From assembly GCA_963729605.1 (NCBI GenBank), contig CAVSNY010000002.1, positions 64,001 through 128,000 of the forward strand: DNA of 64,000 nt, in the 5' to 3' direction. Positions 31,066 through 42,100 of this stretch are shown here, piece after piece. The translations under genes and the position numbers were made by a program. The DNA comes from an uncultured Gammaproteobacteria bacterium. Lineage in GTDB: Bacteria > Pseudomonadota > Gammaproteobacteria > DRLM01. Below the pieces are notes generated by a model. The model saw only the letters and a list, made by a program, of their open reading frames with translations, had not been told where the DNA came from and did no database searches. Each line of letters begins with the position of its first letter. Position 1 is the first letter of the stretch.

Positions 31066-32013
31066 ATGCTGTCGCGGGTCGCGGAACATATTTATTGGAT
31101 GGCCCGTTACATCGAACGGGCCGAGAATTCGGCGCGTTTGATCAACGTCACCACTAACTTGGTGCTGGACCTGCCCAAGAAGGTGGCCTTCGATTGGCGG
31201 GCCTTGCTCGACATCACCGGTTACGGCGAAATTTATCAGGCGCATCACGCGGCGGCGGATGAACGCAACGTGGTGCGTTTTCTGATCGGTGACGCGGTCA
31301 ATCCCGGCTCGATCTTGCGTTCGCTGGACAACGCCCGCGAGAACGCCCGCACCATCCGCGACATTATTCCGCGCGAGGCCTGGGAGCAGATCAATCACTT
31401 GAACCTGCGCTGCAAGAGCGATCTCCAGTTCGGCCTGTCGCAGCGCGGGCGTTACGATTATCTGCGCTGGATCATCCTCGGCACCCAGACCATCACCGGC
31501 ATGCTCGCCGGTACCATGAACCACGATTATGGTTATGACTTTTTACGCATGGGCCGTAATCTCGAGCGCGCCGACATGACGACCCGCATCATCGACGTGC
31601 GCTCCGCCAATCTGTTTTCCGAACAGGCCACCGGTCTGTCCCCTTATGAGAATATCCAGTGGATGAGCGTGCTCAAATCACTGACCGGTTATCAGATGTA
31701 TCGCCGTGCGATGCAGGTGCGGGTGCGCCGTCCCGATGTGCTGAAATTTTTGTTCAAGGAAAAAAGTTTTCCCCGCTCATTTTTTCACGCGATCGGCGAA
31801 GTGGAGAGTTGTCTGCGGCACCTGCCTCGTAACGAGGCGCCTTTGCGCCTGGTGACCGCCTTGCAGCGGGAGCTGATCGACGCCGAGCCCGAGCAACTCT
31901 CGCAGAGCGCCTTGCATGAGTTCATCGATCAATTGCAGATTCACCTGGCCGGAATCAGCGAGGAAATCACCGCCACCTATTTTCTGGTCGGCGCATCGCC
32001 CGATAAAAATTAA
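31066..32013 (+). CDS. alpha-E domain protein (DUF403)
   Basis: MLSRVAEHIYWMARYIERAEN, ARENARTIR, GRNLERADMTTRIID, FPRS; two ER motifs. Confidence 0.93.
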   Translation: MLSRVAEHIYWMARYIERAENSARLINVTTNLVLDLPKKVAFDWRALLDITGYGEIYQAHHAAADERNVVRFLIGDAVNPGSILRSLDNARENARTIRDIIPREAWEQINHLNLRCKSDLQFGLSQRGRYDYLRWIILGTQTITGMLAGTMNHDYGYDFLRMGRNLERADMTTRIIDVRSANLFSEQATGLSPYENIQWMSVLKSLTGYQMYRRAMQVRVRRPDVLKFLFKEKSFPRSFFHAIGEVESCLRHLPRNEAPLRLVTALQRELIDAEPEQLSQSALHEFIDQLQIHLAGISEEITATYFLVGASPDKN

Positions 32014-32046
32014 GCGCGCGCCGCCCGCCGCGGCGCGCGCTTAATT
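32008..32046. terminator. perfect 17-bp hairpin overlapping the alpha-E stop codon
   Basis: AATTAAGCGCGCGCCGC-N5-GCGGCGCGCGCTTAATT between convergent genes. Confidence 0.7.
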
Positions 32047-32072
32047 AAGCCGATTGACATGATGAACTAAGT

Positions 32073-32155
32073 TCCCCTCTCCTTCTTAGGGGCAGGATCG
32101 GGGTGGAGGTAGAACGCTATTTCACCCCCATCCCGATCTTCTCCCGAAAAGGGGA
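32073..32155. repeat. REP-like inverted pair (CCCTCTCC...GGGG family)
   Basis: TCCCCTCTCC...GGATCGGGGTGGAGGT facing ACCCCCATCCCGATCT...AGGGGA; resembles 43020-43053. Confidence 0.55.
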
Positions 32156-32225
32156 CGAGCTGTTCGCTTCATCTCTGCAATTGCCGGGTTAATTAAGTGA
32201 ATGGGTGAGTGACGGACACGGCCGG

Positions 32226-32606
32226 TCAGTGACGGGAACCGTCATGCGCGCCGGTCCCGCGCAGCAGGCGGGGGATGAGCGAACTGAAACCTCGGCGGTG
32301 GCGATAGGCGCGCGGCGAACAGCCGGCGGCGCGTTTGAAGGCGCGGGAAAACACCTCCGGATTGCTGAAGCCCACTTCATAGCCGATGAGTTTCACGCTC
32401 TTGGGCGACCCCAGCAATAATTGTTTGGCCTTTTCAAAACGCCGCCACAGCAAATAATCATGGAGGCGCATCCCCACCTCGATCTTGAAACGCCGGCTCA
32501 AATAATCGGGATGCACGCCCAGTTGCGCGGCCAAGCCCGCCAAACCCACCGGCTCGGCATAATGACTGTCGATGTACACCCGCGCTTTGGCGATCTTGGT
32601 ATTCAT
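32226..32606 (-). CDS. AraC-family regulator consisting of the DNA-binding domain only
   Basis: ARVYIDSHY, LAAQLGVHPDYLSRRFK, AKQLL, IGYEVGFSNPEVFSRAFKRAAGCSPRAYR; GAGGAG RBS before ATG 32606. Confidence 0.85.
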   Translation of the reverse strand: MNTKIAKARVYIDSHYAEPVGLAGLAAQLGVHPDYLSRRFKIEVGMRLHDYLLWRRFEKAKQLLLGSPKSVKLIGYEVGFSNPEVFSRAFKRAAGCSPRAYRHRRGFSSLIPRLLRGTGAHDGSRH

Positions 32607-32814
32607 CGGACTCCTCATGTGAGTCGGTGCGCGGGGCGGCGGGTGTCTGCCGGTGAAGGCCGAAGGAAGGGCGGACCAGGTTGGCGCTAAGGGCCGCGGC
32701 GGCGCGCTAAGCTTTCTCTATAGGCGAGGACCGCCGTGATGTCAATTCGCGCGGCGGCACTTTGGAGAAAAGACGGTTTGAGTCCGTAAAAATCCGGATT
32801 GCAATTCGCCGCGG

Positions 32815-33387
32815 CTAACCCTTGATCTGCAGCAAAATCGCGTTGATGTTGTTATTGAGCAGGCGGGTGCGGATCTTGTTCACCTCGCGCGGATCGGTAT
32901 ACGGGCCCACCCGCACCCGGTGCCAGGTGTCGTTGTCGGCACCGCTGACGGTTTCGATGCGCGATTCCACGCCCAGCAGCGCCAGCTGCGCCTTGAGACT
33001 GTCCGCCTCGGGGTAGGCGCGGAAGGAACCCACTTGCAGCAGATAGACGGCGGGCTTGTCGGTGGAAGGAGAGGTGCGCCCGCCCTTGGGCGCGTCGGGT
33101 ACCACCACTTCCATCTCGGGCAGAATGGTATAGAAATCGAAACGCGGTTTGGTCGCCTGTTCATCCTTGCCATCGGTTTTTGCGGCCGGTGATTTTTTTT
33201 CCGCGGGCGCCGCCGGGGCGGGCGGCGCGTCCGCCGCCGGCCCCGGCGCGCCGGGGGCGCGCCCTTGCAGATAAAAATAGGCGGCGACCGACAGGCCGAT
33301 CAGAAGACCGATCACCAGCCACAGCCAGCCCGGTACCGGCGTGCTGGCTGTGGTTTTTTTGCGGCGCTTCTGCGAAGCCTGGGGCAT
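32815..33387 (-). CDS. SPOR-domain cell division protein (FtsN-like)
   Basis: Single TM, Pro/Ala linker, RFDFYTILPEME, YLLQVGSF, WHRVRVGPY; follows argS. Confidence 0.88.
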   Translation of the reverse strand: MPQASQKRRKKTTASTPVPGWLWLVIGLLIGLSVAAYFYLQGRAPGAPGPAADAPPAPAAPAEKKSPAAKTDGKDEQATKPRFDFYTILPEMEVVVPDAPKGGRTSPSTDKPAVYLLQVGSFRAYPEADSLKAQLALLGVESRIETVSGADNDTWHRVRVGPYTDPREVNKIRTRLLNNNINAILLQIKG

Positions 33388-33390
33388 GAA

Positions 33391-35151
33391 TTACATACTC
33401 TCCGGCGCCGACACGCCGAGCAGGGCGAGGCCGTTGCGGATCACCTGGCGCGTCGCCTCGATGAGATTGAGACGGGCGTCGCGCAGCTCCGCCGAGTCCA
33501 CCAGAAATTGGTGGGAGTTGTAATAGGTGTGAAACTCGTAGGCGACTTCGCGCAAATAATGGGCGACCAGATGCGGCTCGTGGCTGAGCGCGGCGGTCTC
33601 CACCACTTCCGGATAACGCGACAGTGTAATCAGCAGCGACTGTTCGTGTTCTTCGTGCAGGAGATGCAGATTGGCCGTGCCGCGCGCGGTGTCGCGCGCG
33701 AGATTCTTTTCGCTCAATTGCCGCAGCACGCTGCACACCCGGGCGTGGGCGTACTGGATGTAATACACCGGGTTGTCCGCCGACTGGGACTTGGCCAGGT
33801 CGAGGTCGAAGTCCATGTGCTGTTCGCACTTGCGGGTCACGTAAAAGAAACGCGCCGCGTCGTTGCCGACTTCCTGGCGCAGTTCGCGCAGGGTGACGAA
33901 TTCGCCGGAGCGGGTGGACATCTGCATGCGTTCGCCGCCTTTGTACAAGATGGCGAATTGCACCAGCAACACATCGAGTTTGGCCGGGTCGTCGCCCATG
34001 GCCTGCAAGGCGGCTTTGACGCGCGGCACGTAGCCGTGGTGGTCGGCGCCCCACACGTCGATGACGCGCGCGTAGCCGCGCTCCAGCTTGTCCATGTGAT
34101 AGGCGATGTCCGAAGCAAAATAAGTGGTCTGACCGTTGTCGCGCACCAGCACCCGGTCTTTTTCATCGCCGAAAGCGGTGGCGCGGAACCACAGCGCGCC
34201 GTCTTTTTCATAGGCGTGGCCGCTGGCCTTGAGCCGTTGCAGCGCGCGTTCCACCGCGCCGCTCTCGGTGAGCGAACGTTCCGAGTACCACAGATCGTAA
34301 GTGACGCCGAACTCCTGCAAATCCTGGCGGATGTCGGCGAGCACGATGTGCAAACCCGCGTCGAACACCGTGCGGTAATCGTCGGCGCCGAGCAGTTGCC
34401 GCGCGCGCGCGATCAGGGCGTCGATGTGCTGTTCCTTGTCGCCGCCCGCCGGCTCGTCGGGCGGAATGCCGTTCATCACCTGCGCGGCGTCGCGCCGGAA
34501 TTTGTCGCCGTGAATCTGCCGCAGCGAGGCGGCGATATCGCGCACGTAGCCGCCTTTGTAGCCGTTGATGGGGAAGGTGAAACGCTCGCCCAGCGCTTCC
34601 AGATAACGCAGCCACACGCTGGCGGCGAGGATGTCCATCTGGCGGCCGGCGTCGTTGACGTAGTATTCGCGGTGGACGCGGAAGCCGGCTGCGGCTAGCA
34701 GATTGGCCACCGCCGCGCCGTAGGCCGCGCCGCGGCCGTGACCGACGTGCAGCGGTCCGGTGGGATTGGCGGAGACGAATTCCACCTGCACCGCGAGTTG
34801 ATTACCCGCCGTGCCGCGGCCGTAGGCGTCGCCCGCCCGCAAAATCTCGCCGACGGTCTTTTGATACGCGTCGGACGGCAAGAAGAAATTGATGAAGCCC
34901 GGCCCGGCGATCTCCACCTTGCTCACCAGATTCGAGGGCGGCAGCGCCGCGACGATGGCCTCGGCCAGCTCGCGCGGTTTGCGCTTGAGGGCCTTGGCGA
35001 GGCCCATGGCCACCGCGCTGGCGAAGTCGCCGTGCTGGCGGTCGCGGGCGCGTTCCACTTTGGCGGTGACGCTTTCCGTGGCGGGGAGCGTGCCGTCGGC
35101 CTGCAACTGGGCAAGGGCCTGGGCGAGTAGGGACTCGAGGTGATTTTTCAT
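33391..35151 (-). CDS. argS: arginine--tRNA ligase
   Basis: [64 protein letters not shown]. Confidence 0.98.
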   Translation of the reverse strand: MKNHLESLLAQALAQLQADGTLPATESVTAKVERARDRQHGDFASAVAMGLAKALKRKPRELAEAIVAALPPSNLVSKVEIAGPGFINFFLPSDAYQKTVGEILRAGDAYGRGTAGNQLAVQVEFVSANPTGPLHVGHGRGAAYGAAVANLLAAAGFRVHREYYVNDAGRQMDILAASVWLRYLEALGERFTFPINGYKGGYVRDIAASLRQIHGDKFRRDAAQVMNGIPPDEPAGGDKEQHIDALIARARQLLGADDYRTVFDAGLHIVLADIRQDLQEFGVTYDLWYSERSLTESGAVERALQRLKASGHAYEKDGALWFRATAFGDEKDRVLVRDNGQTTYFASDIAYHMDKLERGYARVIDVWGADHHGYVPRVKAALQAMGDDPAKLDVLLVQFAILYKGGERMQMSTRSGEFVTLRELRQEVGNDAARFFYVTRKCEQHMDFDLDLAKSQSADNPVYYIQYAHARVCSVLRQLSEKNLARDTARGTANLHLLHEEHEQSLLITLSRYPEVVETAALSHEPHLVAHYLREVAYEFHTYYNSHQFLVDSAELRDARLNLIEATRQVIRNGLALLGVSAPESM

Positions 35152-35347
35152 GCTGGTTACCGCGTTGGAATTCTCAAAGGGAGGCGGGTGGTTTATCGCT
35201 GCGCGTATTATCCGGGGTCCGGGCCCGCTTGCAAAGGGCGAGGCGCGGGTATCCCTTATCGAAGGAAAAATTTCATAGGGCTGCCCCCCTTTCCCGCGAG
35301 CGGGGAGCGCGCGGCGCGGGGGCGCGGCCGTCAGGGTGCATACAGCG

Positions 35348-37570
35348 TCAAGTCAAGTCCATCGGATCGACGTCGATGGACCAGCGCACCTTGCGCGCCA
35401 GCGGCAGAGCGCCGAGTTGCGGCAGCCAGGCGTCGAGCAGGCGGTGCAATTCCGTCCGCGCTTCGGCTTGCAGCAAGAGTTGGGCACGGTAACGGCCGGC
35501 GCGCCGTTCCATCGGCGCCGGCACCGGGCCGAGCAGTTCGACCCCGCGATGCCCGATGTGATGGGCCAAGGCCGCCGCCTCGGTCAAAAAATCCCGCGGC
35601 AATTCCGCGGCGGTGGCCTCGGCCCGCAACAGCGCCATATGGCTGTAAGGCGGCAGGCAGGCCTCGCGCCGCTCCGCCAAGGCGGCCGCGGCGAAACGCG
35701 CGTAACCCTGGGTGATCAAGGTGTGCAGCAGGGGATGATCCGGGTGATGGGTTTGTATCACCACCTCGCCGGCGTGTTCGGCGCGGCCGGCGCGGCCCGC
35801 CACTTGGACGATGAGCTGGGCGAGGGTTTCGCTGGCGCGGAAGTCGACGCTGAACAAGCCCTGATCGGCGTCCAAGATGGCGGCGAGGGTGACTTTGGGC
35901 AGGTGATGGCCTTTGGCCAGCATCTGGGTGCCGATCAAAATGGCGTGTTCGCCGCGCAGCGCCTCGGCCAACAATTGTTGCAGGCTGCCTTTGCGGCGGG
36001 TGCTGTCGCGGTCGATGCGGGCGATGGAGCAGTCGGGGAAACGGGCGCGCAACACTTCTTCGACCCGCTCGGTGCCGTGGCCGAGCGGCCGCAATTCTTC
36101 GCTGCTGCACGCGGGGCAATAAGCCTCGGCCTTTTGTTCGCCGCCGCAGTGATGGCAGCGCAGGCGGCGCTGGGCCTGGTGATAAATCAGATGGGCATCG
36201 CAGCGCTGGCAGCGCGCGACCCAGCCGCAATCGTGGCAAAGCAGCGTCGGCGCGTAGCCGCGCCGGTTCAAGAACAACAGTACTTGATGGCCGCGCGCCA
36301 CATGTTCCGCCAGCATTTTCAACAAAGGATCGGATAGCGCGCCGTTCAATTTTTTGTGGCGGACGTCCATGGTGCGGATGCGCGGCGGACGGGCCTCGCC
36401 GGCGCGCTCCGGCAGGTGCAGGCTTTGATAACGGTCGCGCTCCACGTTGTACAGCGTTTCCAGCGACGGCGTGGCCGAGCCGAGTACGATGGGCACGCCG
36501 AGCCGGTTCGCGCGCCACACCGCGACGTCGCGGGCGTGATAACGAAAGCCGTCCTGCTGTTTGAAAGAGAGGTCGTGTTCTTCGTCGATGATGATCAGCC
36601 CGGCCTTGGGCAGCGGCGTGAAGACCGCCGAGCGCGTGCCGATGATCACCTTGGCTTCACCCGTCGCGGCGGCGGCCCAGGCCTGCAAGCGCTGCCGGTC
36701 GGTCAGCGCCGAGTGCAGCACCACCATGGGATGGGCCAGCCGCGCCGCGAAGCGCGCCAGCAATTGCGGGGTGAGGCCGATCTCCGGCACCAGCACCAGC
36801 GCCTGCGCGCCGGCCGCCGCCACCCGGTCGATGAGTTCCAGATACACCTCGGTCTTGCCGCTGCCGGTAACGCCTTCCAATACGAAGGGGGTGAATTGAT
36901 CCAGCGCGGCGCAGACCCGGTTCACGGCGGCGCTCTGCGTGGCGTTGAGATCGAGGCTTGAGGTGGGCTCCGTTCCCGCGTGCTGGAAGAGGGGCGGCGC
37001 GGCGTAGTGTTCCACCCAGCCTTTCGCCAGCAGCGCGCGCAGCGCGGCGCGCGCGGTGTCGCCTTGTTCGGCGAGTTGCTCGGCGTTGGTGCCGCCGTTG
37101 GGTTGTTGCTGCAGCCAGCGCAACAGCGCCGCCTGGCGTGGCGCCCGTGACAAGTGCGCCGCGTCCGCCGCGTGTCCCGCCGGCGTCAGTCGCCAGTGCG
37201 GGTCGTTGCCTTCTTCGGGACTTTTGCCCTGCCGCAATAAAGTGGGCAGCAGCGCGCTGAACACCTCGCCGATGGGGTGGTGATAATAGTGCGCGGCCCA
37301 GTGCCCCAGCGCGAGTAGGTCCGCACCGATCACCGGTCGAGTATCGAGCAGCTGTGAAGCCGGCCGCAGGCGGCGGACCTCCACCCGGCTTTCCCCGCTC
37401 ATCCCCAACAACACCCCGGTGACCTGGCCGCGCCCGAAAGGGACCTTCAGCCGCATCCCCGCTTGCAGGGTGGCGGGGTCGCAGGCGCGCGGCGGCAGAT
37501 AATCGAAGCTGCCGTAAAGCGGGGTCGGGACGGCGATTTGCAGGATGGTGGGCGGGGCCGCGGCTGGCAT
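35348..37570 (-). CDS. priA: primosomal protein N'
   Basis: [36 protein letters not shown] plus four Cxx[27 protein letters not shown]. Confidence 0.98.
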   Translation of the reverse strand: MPAAAPPTILQIAVPTPLYGSFDYLPPRACDPATLQAGMRLKVPFGRGQVTGVLLGMSGESRVEVRRLRPASQLLDTRPVIGADLLALGHWAAHYYHHPIGEVFSALLPTLLRQGKSPEEGNDPHWRLTPAGHAADAAHLSRAPRQAALLRWLQQQPNGGTNAEQLAEQGDTARAALRALLAKGWVEHYAAPPLFQHAGTEPTSSLDLNATQSAAVNRVCAALDQFTPFVLEGVTGSGKTEVYLELIDRVAAAGAQALVLVPEIGLTPQLLARFAARLAHPMVVLHSALTDRQRLQAWAAAATGEAKVIIGTRSAVFTPLPKAGLIIIDEEHDLSFKQQDGFRYHARDVAVWRANRLGVPIVLGSATPSLETLYNVERDRYQSLHLPERAGEARPPRIRTMDVRHKKLNGALSDPLLKMLAEHVARGHQVLLFLNRRGYAPTLLCHDCGWVARCQRCDAHLIYHQAQRRLRCHHCGGEQKAEAYCPACSSEELRPLGHGTERVEEVLRARFPDCSIARIDRDSTRRKGSLQQLLAEALRGEHAILIGTQMLAKGHHLPKVTLAAILDADQGLFSVDFRASETLAQLIVQVAGRAGRAEHAGEVVIQTHHPDHPLLHTLITQGYARFAAAALAERREACLPPYSHMALLRAEATAAELPRDFLTEAAALAHHIGHRGVELLGPVPAPMERRAGRYRAQLLLQAEARTELHRLLDAWLPQLGALPLARKVRWSIDVDPMDLT

Positions 37571-37692
37571 GGCGCTACTCTATCAAGTCTCGAAATAATC
37601 CGAAGTGACAATAGCTCTCAGTTAGCGCCGCGGATTAAACCGCGACGTAACCAAATCTCCGTAACTCATTCAATGGGCAAGGGGTCTATCCC

Positions 37693-37904
37693 TTATCCAC
37701 AAAAGCTGTGGATAACTTTGTGGAAGAAGTGGGATCAATCGCCGTGAGCCCGCGAATTTATTGGACTTGTGACAGATTGGTGACAAATTCGCCTCATTGT
37801 TAATTTTATAAAAAACAATAACTTAAATTATTCTTGACTTGCGCCGGCAGTTTGTTGGCGCTTTGCGGGCGGCCGCCTCGGGCTGGAATCGTCGTTGTGT
37901 ATAA
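37693..37904. promoter_or_regulatory. DnaA-box cluster with IHF-like site (DARS-like)
   Basis: TTATCCACA 37693-37701, TGTGGATAA 37707-37715, degenerate TGTGGAAGA 37719-37727, TGTGTATAA 37896-37904; AAACAATAACTTA 37813-37825 after an AT tract. Confidence 0.8.
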
Positions 37905-37988
37905 GCAAGTTTAAATGGGGAGCTCGGCGCTGCGATTTAATGGCCTTTATATATAGAGAATCGCGTCCCCCGGCCCCTCTTTTAGGGC

Positions 37989-38414
37989 TCAAAAAGGCCT
38001 TACTACCACCAAGATCGTGATCACGATAAGGATCAATACCGGCAACTCGTTGAGCCAGCGGAAGAACACATGGCCGCGGCGGTTGCGGTCGTGTTTGAAG
38101 TCCAGCAGCAGCTTGCCGCAATAGACGTGATAGACGGCCAGTAACGCGACCAGCGTCAGTTTGGCGTGCAGCCAGCCGTTGTGGGAATAGGCCTCCCAGG
38201 CGTAATCCACCAGCAGCCACACGCCCAGCGCGATGGTCAGCACCGCGCCGGGGGTCATGATGCCGTAGAAGAGTTTGCGCTCCATCACCTTGAAGCGTTC
38301 CCGGCCCAGCGCGTCGTCCGCCATGGCGTGATAGACGAACAACCGCGGCAGATAAAACAGACCGGCGAACCAGGTCACCATGAAAATGATGTGAAAGGCC
38401 TTGACCCAAAGCAT
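37989..38414 (-). CDS. hemJ: protoporphyrinogen oxidase HemJ
   Basis: WVKAFHIIFMVTWFAGLFYLPRLFVYHA, MERKL, WLHAKL, FRWLNELP, VVRPF. Confidence 0.92.
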   Translation of the reverse strand: MLWVKAFHIIFMVTWFAGLFYLPRLFVYHAMADDALGRERFKVMERKLFYGIMTPGAVLTIALGVWLLVDYAWEAYSHNGWLHAKLTLVALLAVYHVYCGKLLLDFKHDRNRRGHVFFRWLNELPVLILIVITILVVVRPF

Positions 38415-38592
38415 GTGTTGTTCCCGTGTGAGTGGCGCCGCCGGAATCAGCGGGCCGATGAATGATGCGCGCCACTATGCCAAAATTTTCCGCAAAGGAC
38501 CACGCCACGCCGCGACTCTCTTTGGCGAGGGACGGCCGCGGAGGGTAACATCGCCGGCATGAAAAGGCGGACGGGTTAGCGATGGGGGCGGC

Positions 38593-39024
38593 GTGATCGA
38601 GCAGTTGTCCGGCGAGGCCGGCTGGTGGGCGTTATTCGTCAGCGCCTTTATCTCGTCCACGTTATTGCCCGGCGGTTCCGAGGCCTTGTTGCTGTGGCTC
38701 GCCTCGCAGCAGCCGCAGGACAAATGGCTGTTGCTGGCGGTCGCCGGCGCCGGCAATACCCTGGGCGGCATGAGCTCGTGGGCCATCGGTCGTTTCATCG
38801 CCTGGCGTTTTCCGGCGCGGGGTCTGCGCGGCGACAAGGAGCAGCGCGCGCTGGCGCGGGTGCGCCGTTGGGGCAGTCCGTTGCTGCTGTTGTCGTGGCT
38901 GCCGCTGGTGGGCGATCCTTTGTGCGTGGCGGCGGGCTGGCTGAAGCTGCGCTGGTGGCCGGCCCTGATTTTCATCGCCCTGGGCAAAGTCGGGCGCTAC
39001 GCCGTGTTATTGATATTCACCTAA
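38593..39024 (+). CDS. YqaA/DedA-family membrane protein
   Basis: FISSTLLPGGSEA, GNTLGG, LLLSWLPLVGDPLCVAAGWL. Confidence 0.88.
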   Translation: MIEQLSGEAGWWALFVSAFISSTLLPGGSEALLLWLASQQPQDKWLLLAVAGAGNTLGGMSSWAIGRFIAWRFPARGLRGDKEQRALARVRRWGSPLLLLSWLPLVGDPLCVAAGWLKLRWWPALIFIALGKVGRYAVLLIFT

Positions 39025-39113
39025 GCCGGGGACGCGAATGACGCGCCCGCGCCATGTTACAATCCGCCTCCCTTGTGTTGGACGCGCCTCGACGGCGCCA
39101 TCGCCCGAAATCC

Positions 39114-42100
39114 ATGACTGCACACAGCGCCAGCCGTATCCGCGAGATTCCCTATAACTACACGTCGTTCTCCGACCGGGAGATCGTCAAGCGTTATCTC
39201 GGCCCGGACATGTGGGACGTGCTCAACGAGTTGCGCGGCACGCGGCGCACCGGCCGTTCGGCGCAGATGCTGTTCGAGGTGCTCGGCGACATGTGGGTGG
39301 TGGCGCGTAATCCCTATATTCAAGACGACCTCTTGGAAAATCCCCAGCGGCTCACCTCGCTGTCGGTGACCCTGCATCAGCGCCTCGATCAAATCGTCAC
39401 GCGCGCGGACAATAATCCCTTGGCGCTGCAATTGGTCGAGCGCGCCCGCGCGGCGGTGCGTGAGTTCGAGGGCTGGTTTCCCGAACAGCGTAGTCTGCGG
39501 CAACGCGCGCTGCGCCGGTTCGGCAAAGTCACCCGGCGCGACAACATCAGCTTCGACGGCCTGGCCCGCGTCTCGCACGTCACCGACGCCACCGACTGGC
39601 GCGTCGAGTTTCCCTTCGTGGTGCTGCATCCCGACAGCGAAGAAGAAATGGCGCCGCTGGTGGCGGCTTGCATCGAATTGGGCCTGACCATCATTCCCCG
39701 CGGCGGCGGCACCGGTTACACCGGCAGCGCCGTGCCGCTGTTCGCCGACACCGCGGTGATCAACACCGAAAAGCTGGAAGGCTTGGGCAAGGTCGAGCGG
39801 CGCATCCTGCCCGGCTTGAGCGAGCCGGTGCCCACCGTGCGCGCCGAGTGCGGCGTGGTCACCAAGCGGGTGGCGGAAGTGGCGGAGGCCAACGGCCTGG
39901 TGTTCGCCGTCGATCCGACTTCGATGGACGCCTCCACCATCGGCGGCAACGTCGCCATGAACGCCGGCGGCAAAAAGGCCGTGTTGTGGGGCACCGCGGT
40001 GGACAATCTGGTGTCGTGGCGCATGGTCACGCCGGACGCCGAGTGGCTGGAGATCGAGCGGCTCAACCACAACCTCGGCAAGATCCACGAGCAGGAAACC
40101 GTGGAGTTCCGCCTCACCCGGTATCGTCCCGACGGCAAGACCCGCAGCGGCGAGCCGGAAATCCTGCGCATGCCCGGCCGAGTTTTCCGCAAGCAAGGCC
40201 TCGGCAAAGACGTCACCGACAAATTTCTCGGCGGCCTGCCCGGCGTGCAAAAAGAAGGCTGCGACGGTTTGATCACCTCGGCGGTGTTCGTGCTGCACCG
40301 CATGCCGAGCTGCACGCGCACCGTGTGCCTGGAATTCTTCGGCAACGACATGCGCCGCGCGGTCTCCGCCATCGTCGAAATCAAGGATTACCTCGACGCC
40401 AATCCCAAGGCGGTACTGTCGGGCATGGAGCATCTCGACGAACGTTATCTGCGCGCCGTGAAATACAGCACCAAGGCGCCGCGCCGCGAGCGGCCGAAAA
40501 TGGTGTTGCTGGTCGATGTCTCCGGCGACGACGATCACGCGGTGGCCGAGGCCGCCTCGCAGGTGGTGCGCTTTGCCAATGCCCGCGAGGCGGAAGGCTT
40601 CGTCGCGATCAGCCCCGAGGCGCGCCGCCGCTTCTGGGTCGACCGCGCGCGCACCGCCGCCATCGCCGCCCACACCAACGCCTTCAAGATCAACGAAGAC
40701 GTGGTGATCCCGCTCGACCGCCTCGCCGATTACAGCGTGGGCATCGAACGCATCAACATCGAACAGTCGATTTCCAACAAGCTGCGCCTGCTCGACGCGG
40801 TGGAAGCGTATCTCGCCGGCGAATTGCCGGAAGTGCGGCAAGTCGCCGAATACGAGGCCAGCGCCGAAGACAGCGCCATCGTCGCCGCCAAGCAGCAGGC
40901 CGCCCGCGATCATCTCGCCGCGGTGCGCACCCGCTGGTCCACTTATCTCACGCGGATGGATGAAACCGCCGCGCAGCACCAAAACCTGCTCAGCGACGAA
41001 TTGCGCGCGGGTCTGCAGGCGGGCGACACCTTGTTGTCGCTGCTGCTGCACCGCGCCTTGCGGGTGTCTTATCGCGCCGAGGTGGAGCGGCCGCTCAAGG
41101 AGATCTTCGGCGGCCAGGCCTTCGAGCGGGTGCGCGGCCGCCTCGATGAAATTCATGCCGGGATCCGTTCCAGCCGCTTGTTCGTCGCGCTGCACATGCA
41201 CGCCGGCGACGGCAACGTGCACACCAACATCCCGGTCAACTCCAACGACTACGAAATGCTGCAAGAGGCGGAGCGGATCGTCGACCGGGTGATGGCGCTG
41301 TCGCTGTCGCTCAACGGGGTGATCTCCGGCGAACACGGCATCGGCATCACCAAGATTCAATACCTCGCGCCGAGCGACATCGCCGCCTTCGCCGGCTACA
41401 AACAAAAAATCGATCCCGAAGGCCGCTTCAACCGCGGCAAGCTGCTGGCGGGCGCCGATCTCACGAATGCCTACACTCCTTCGCTGCGGCTGGTGCAGCA
41501 AGAGGCGCTGCTGCTGGAACAGAGCGAGCTGGGCGCGCTCAACGACGACATCCGCCACTGCCTGCGTTGCGGCAAATGCAAACCGGTGTGCAATACGCAT
41601 GTGCCGCGCGCCAATCTGCTTTATTCGCCGCGCAACAAAATCCTCGCCACCGGTCTGATGATCGAGGCCTTCCTGTACGAGGAGCAGACCCGCCGCGGCA
41701 TCTCGATCCGCCACTTCGACGAGATGAACGACGTCGCCGATCACTGCACCGTCTGCCACAAATGCTTGAACCCCTGCCCGGTGGACATCGACTTCGGCGA
41801 CGTGTCGATCCGCATGCGCAAGATTCTCAAAGACCGCGGCCAGCGCCACACCAACGTCGGCGCCTGGGCCTCGATGGCCTTTCTCAACGTCACCGATCCC
41901 TCGACCATCAAGCTGATGCGCAAGGGCATGATCGAATGGGGCTACGCCGCGCAGCGCACCGCCCACGGCGTCGCCAAGAAATTGCACCTGCTGGGCGGCG
42001 CGCAGGAACGCCCCGCCGCCACCACCGGCAAGCCGCCGCTCCGCGCGCAGGTGGTGCAGTTCATGAAAAAGCCGTTGCCCAATAAACTGCCGGCGCAGAC

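Noticed and set aside
37571-37988. oriC
   Set aside because: Few DnaA boxes, no repeated 13-mers and no dnaA/gidA neighbours; kept as DARS-like, though GC skew was not computed.
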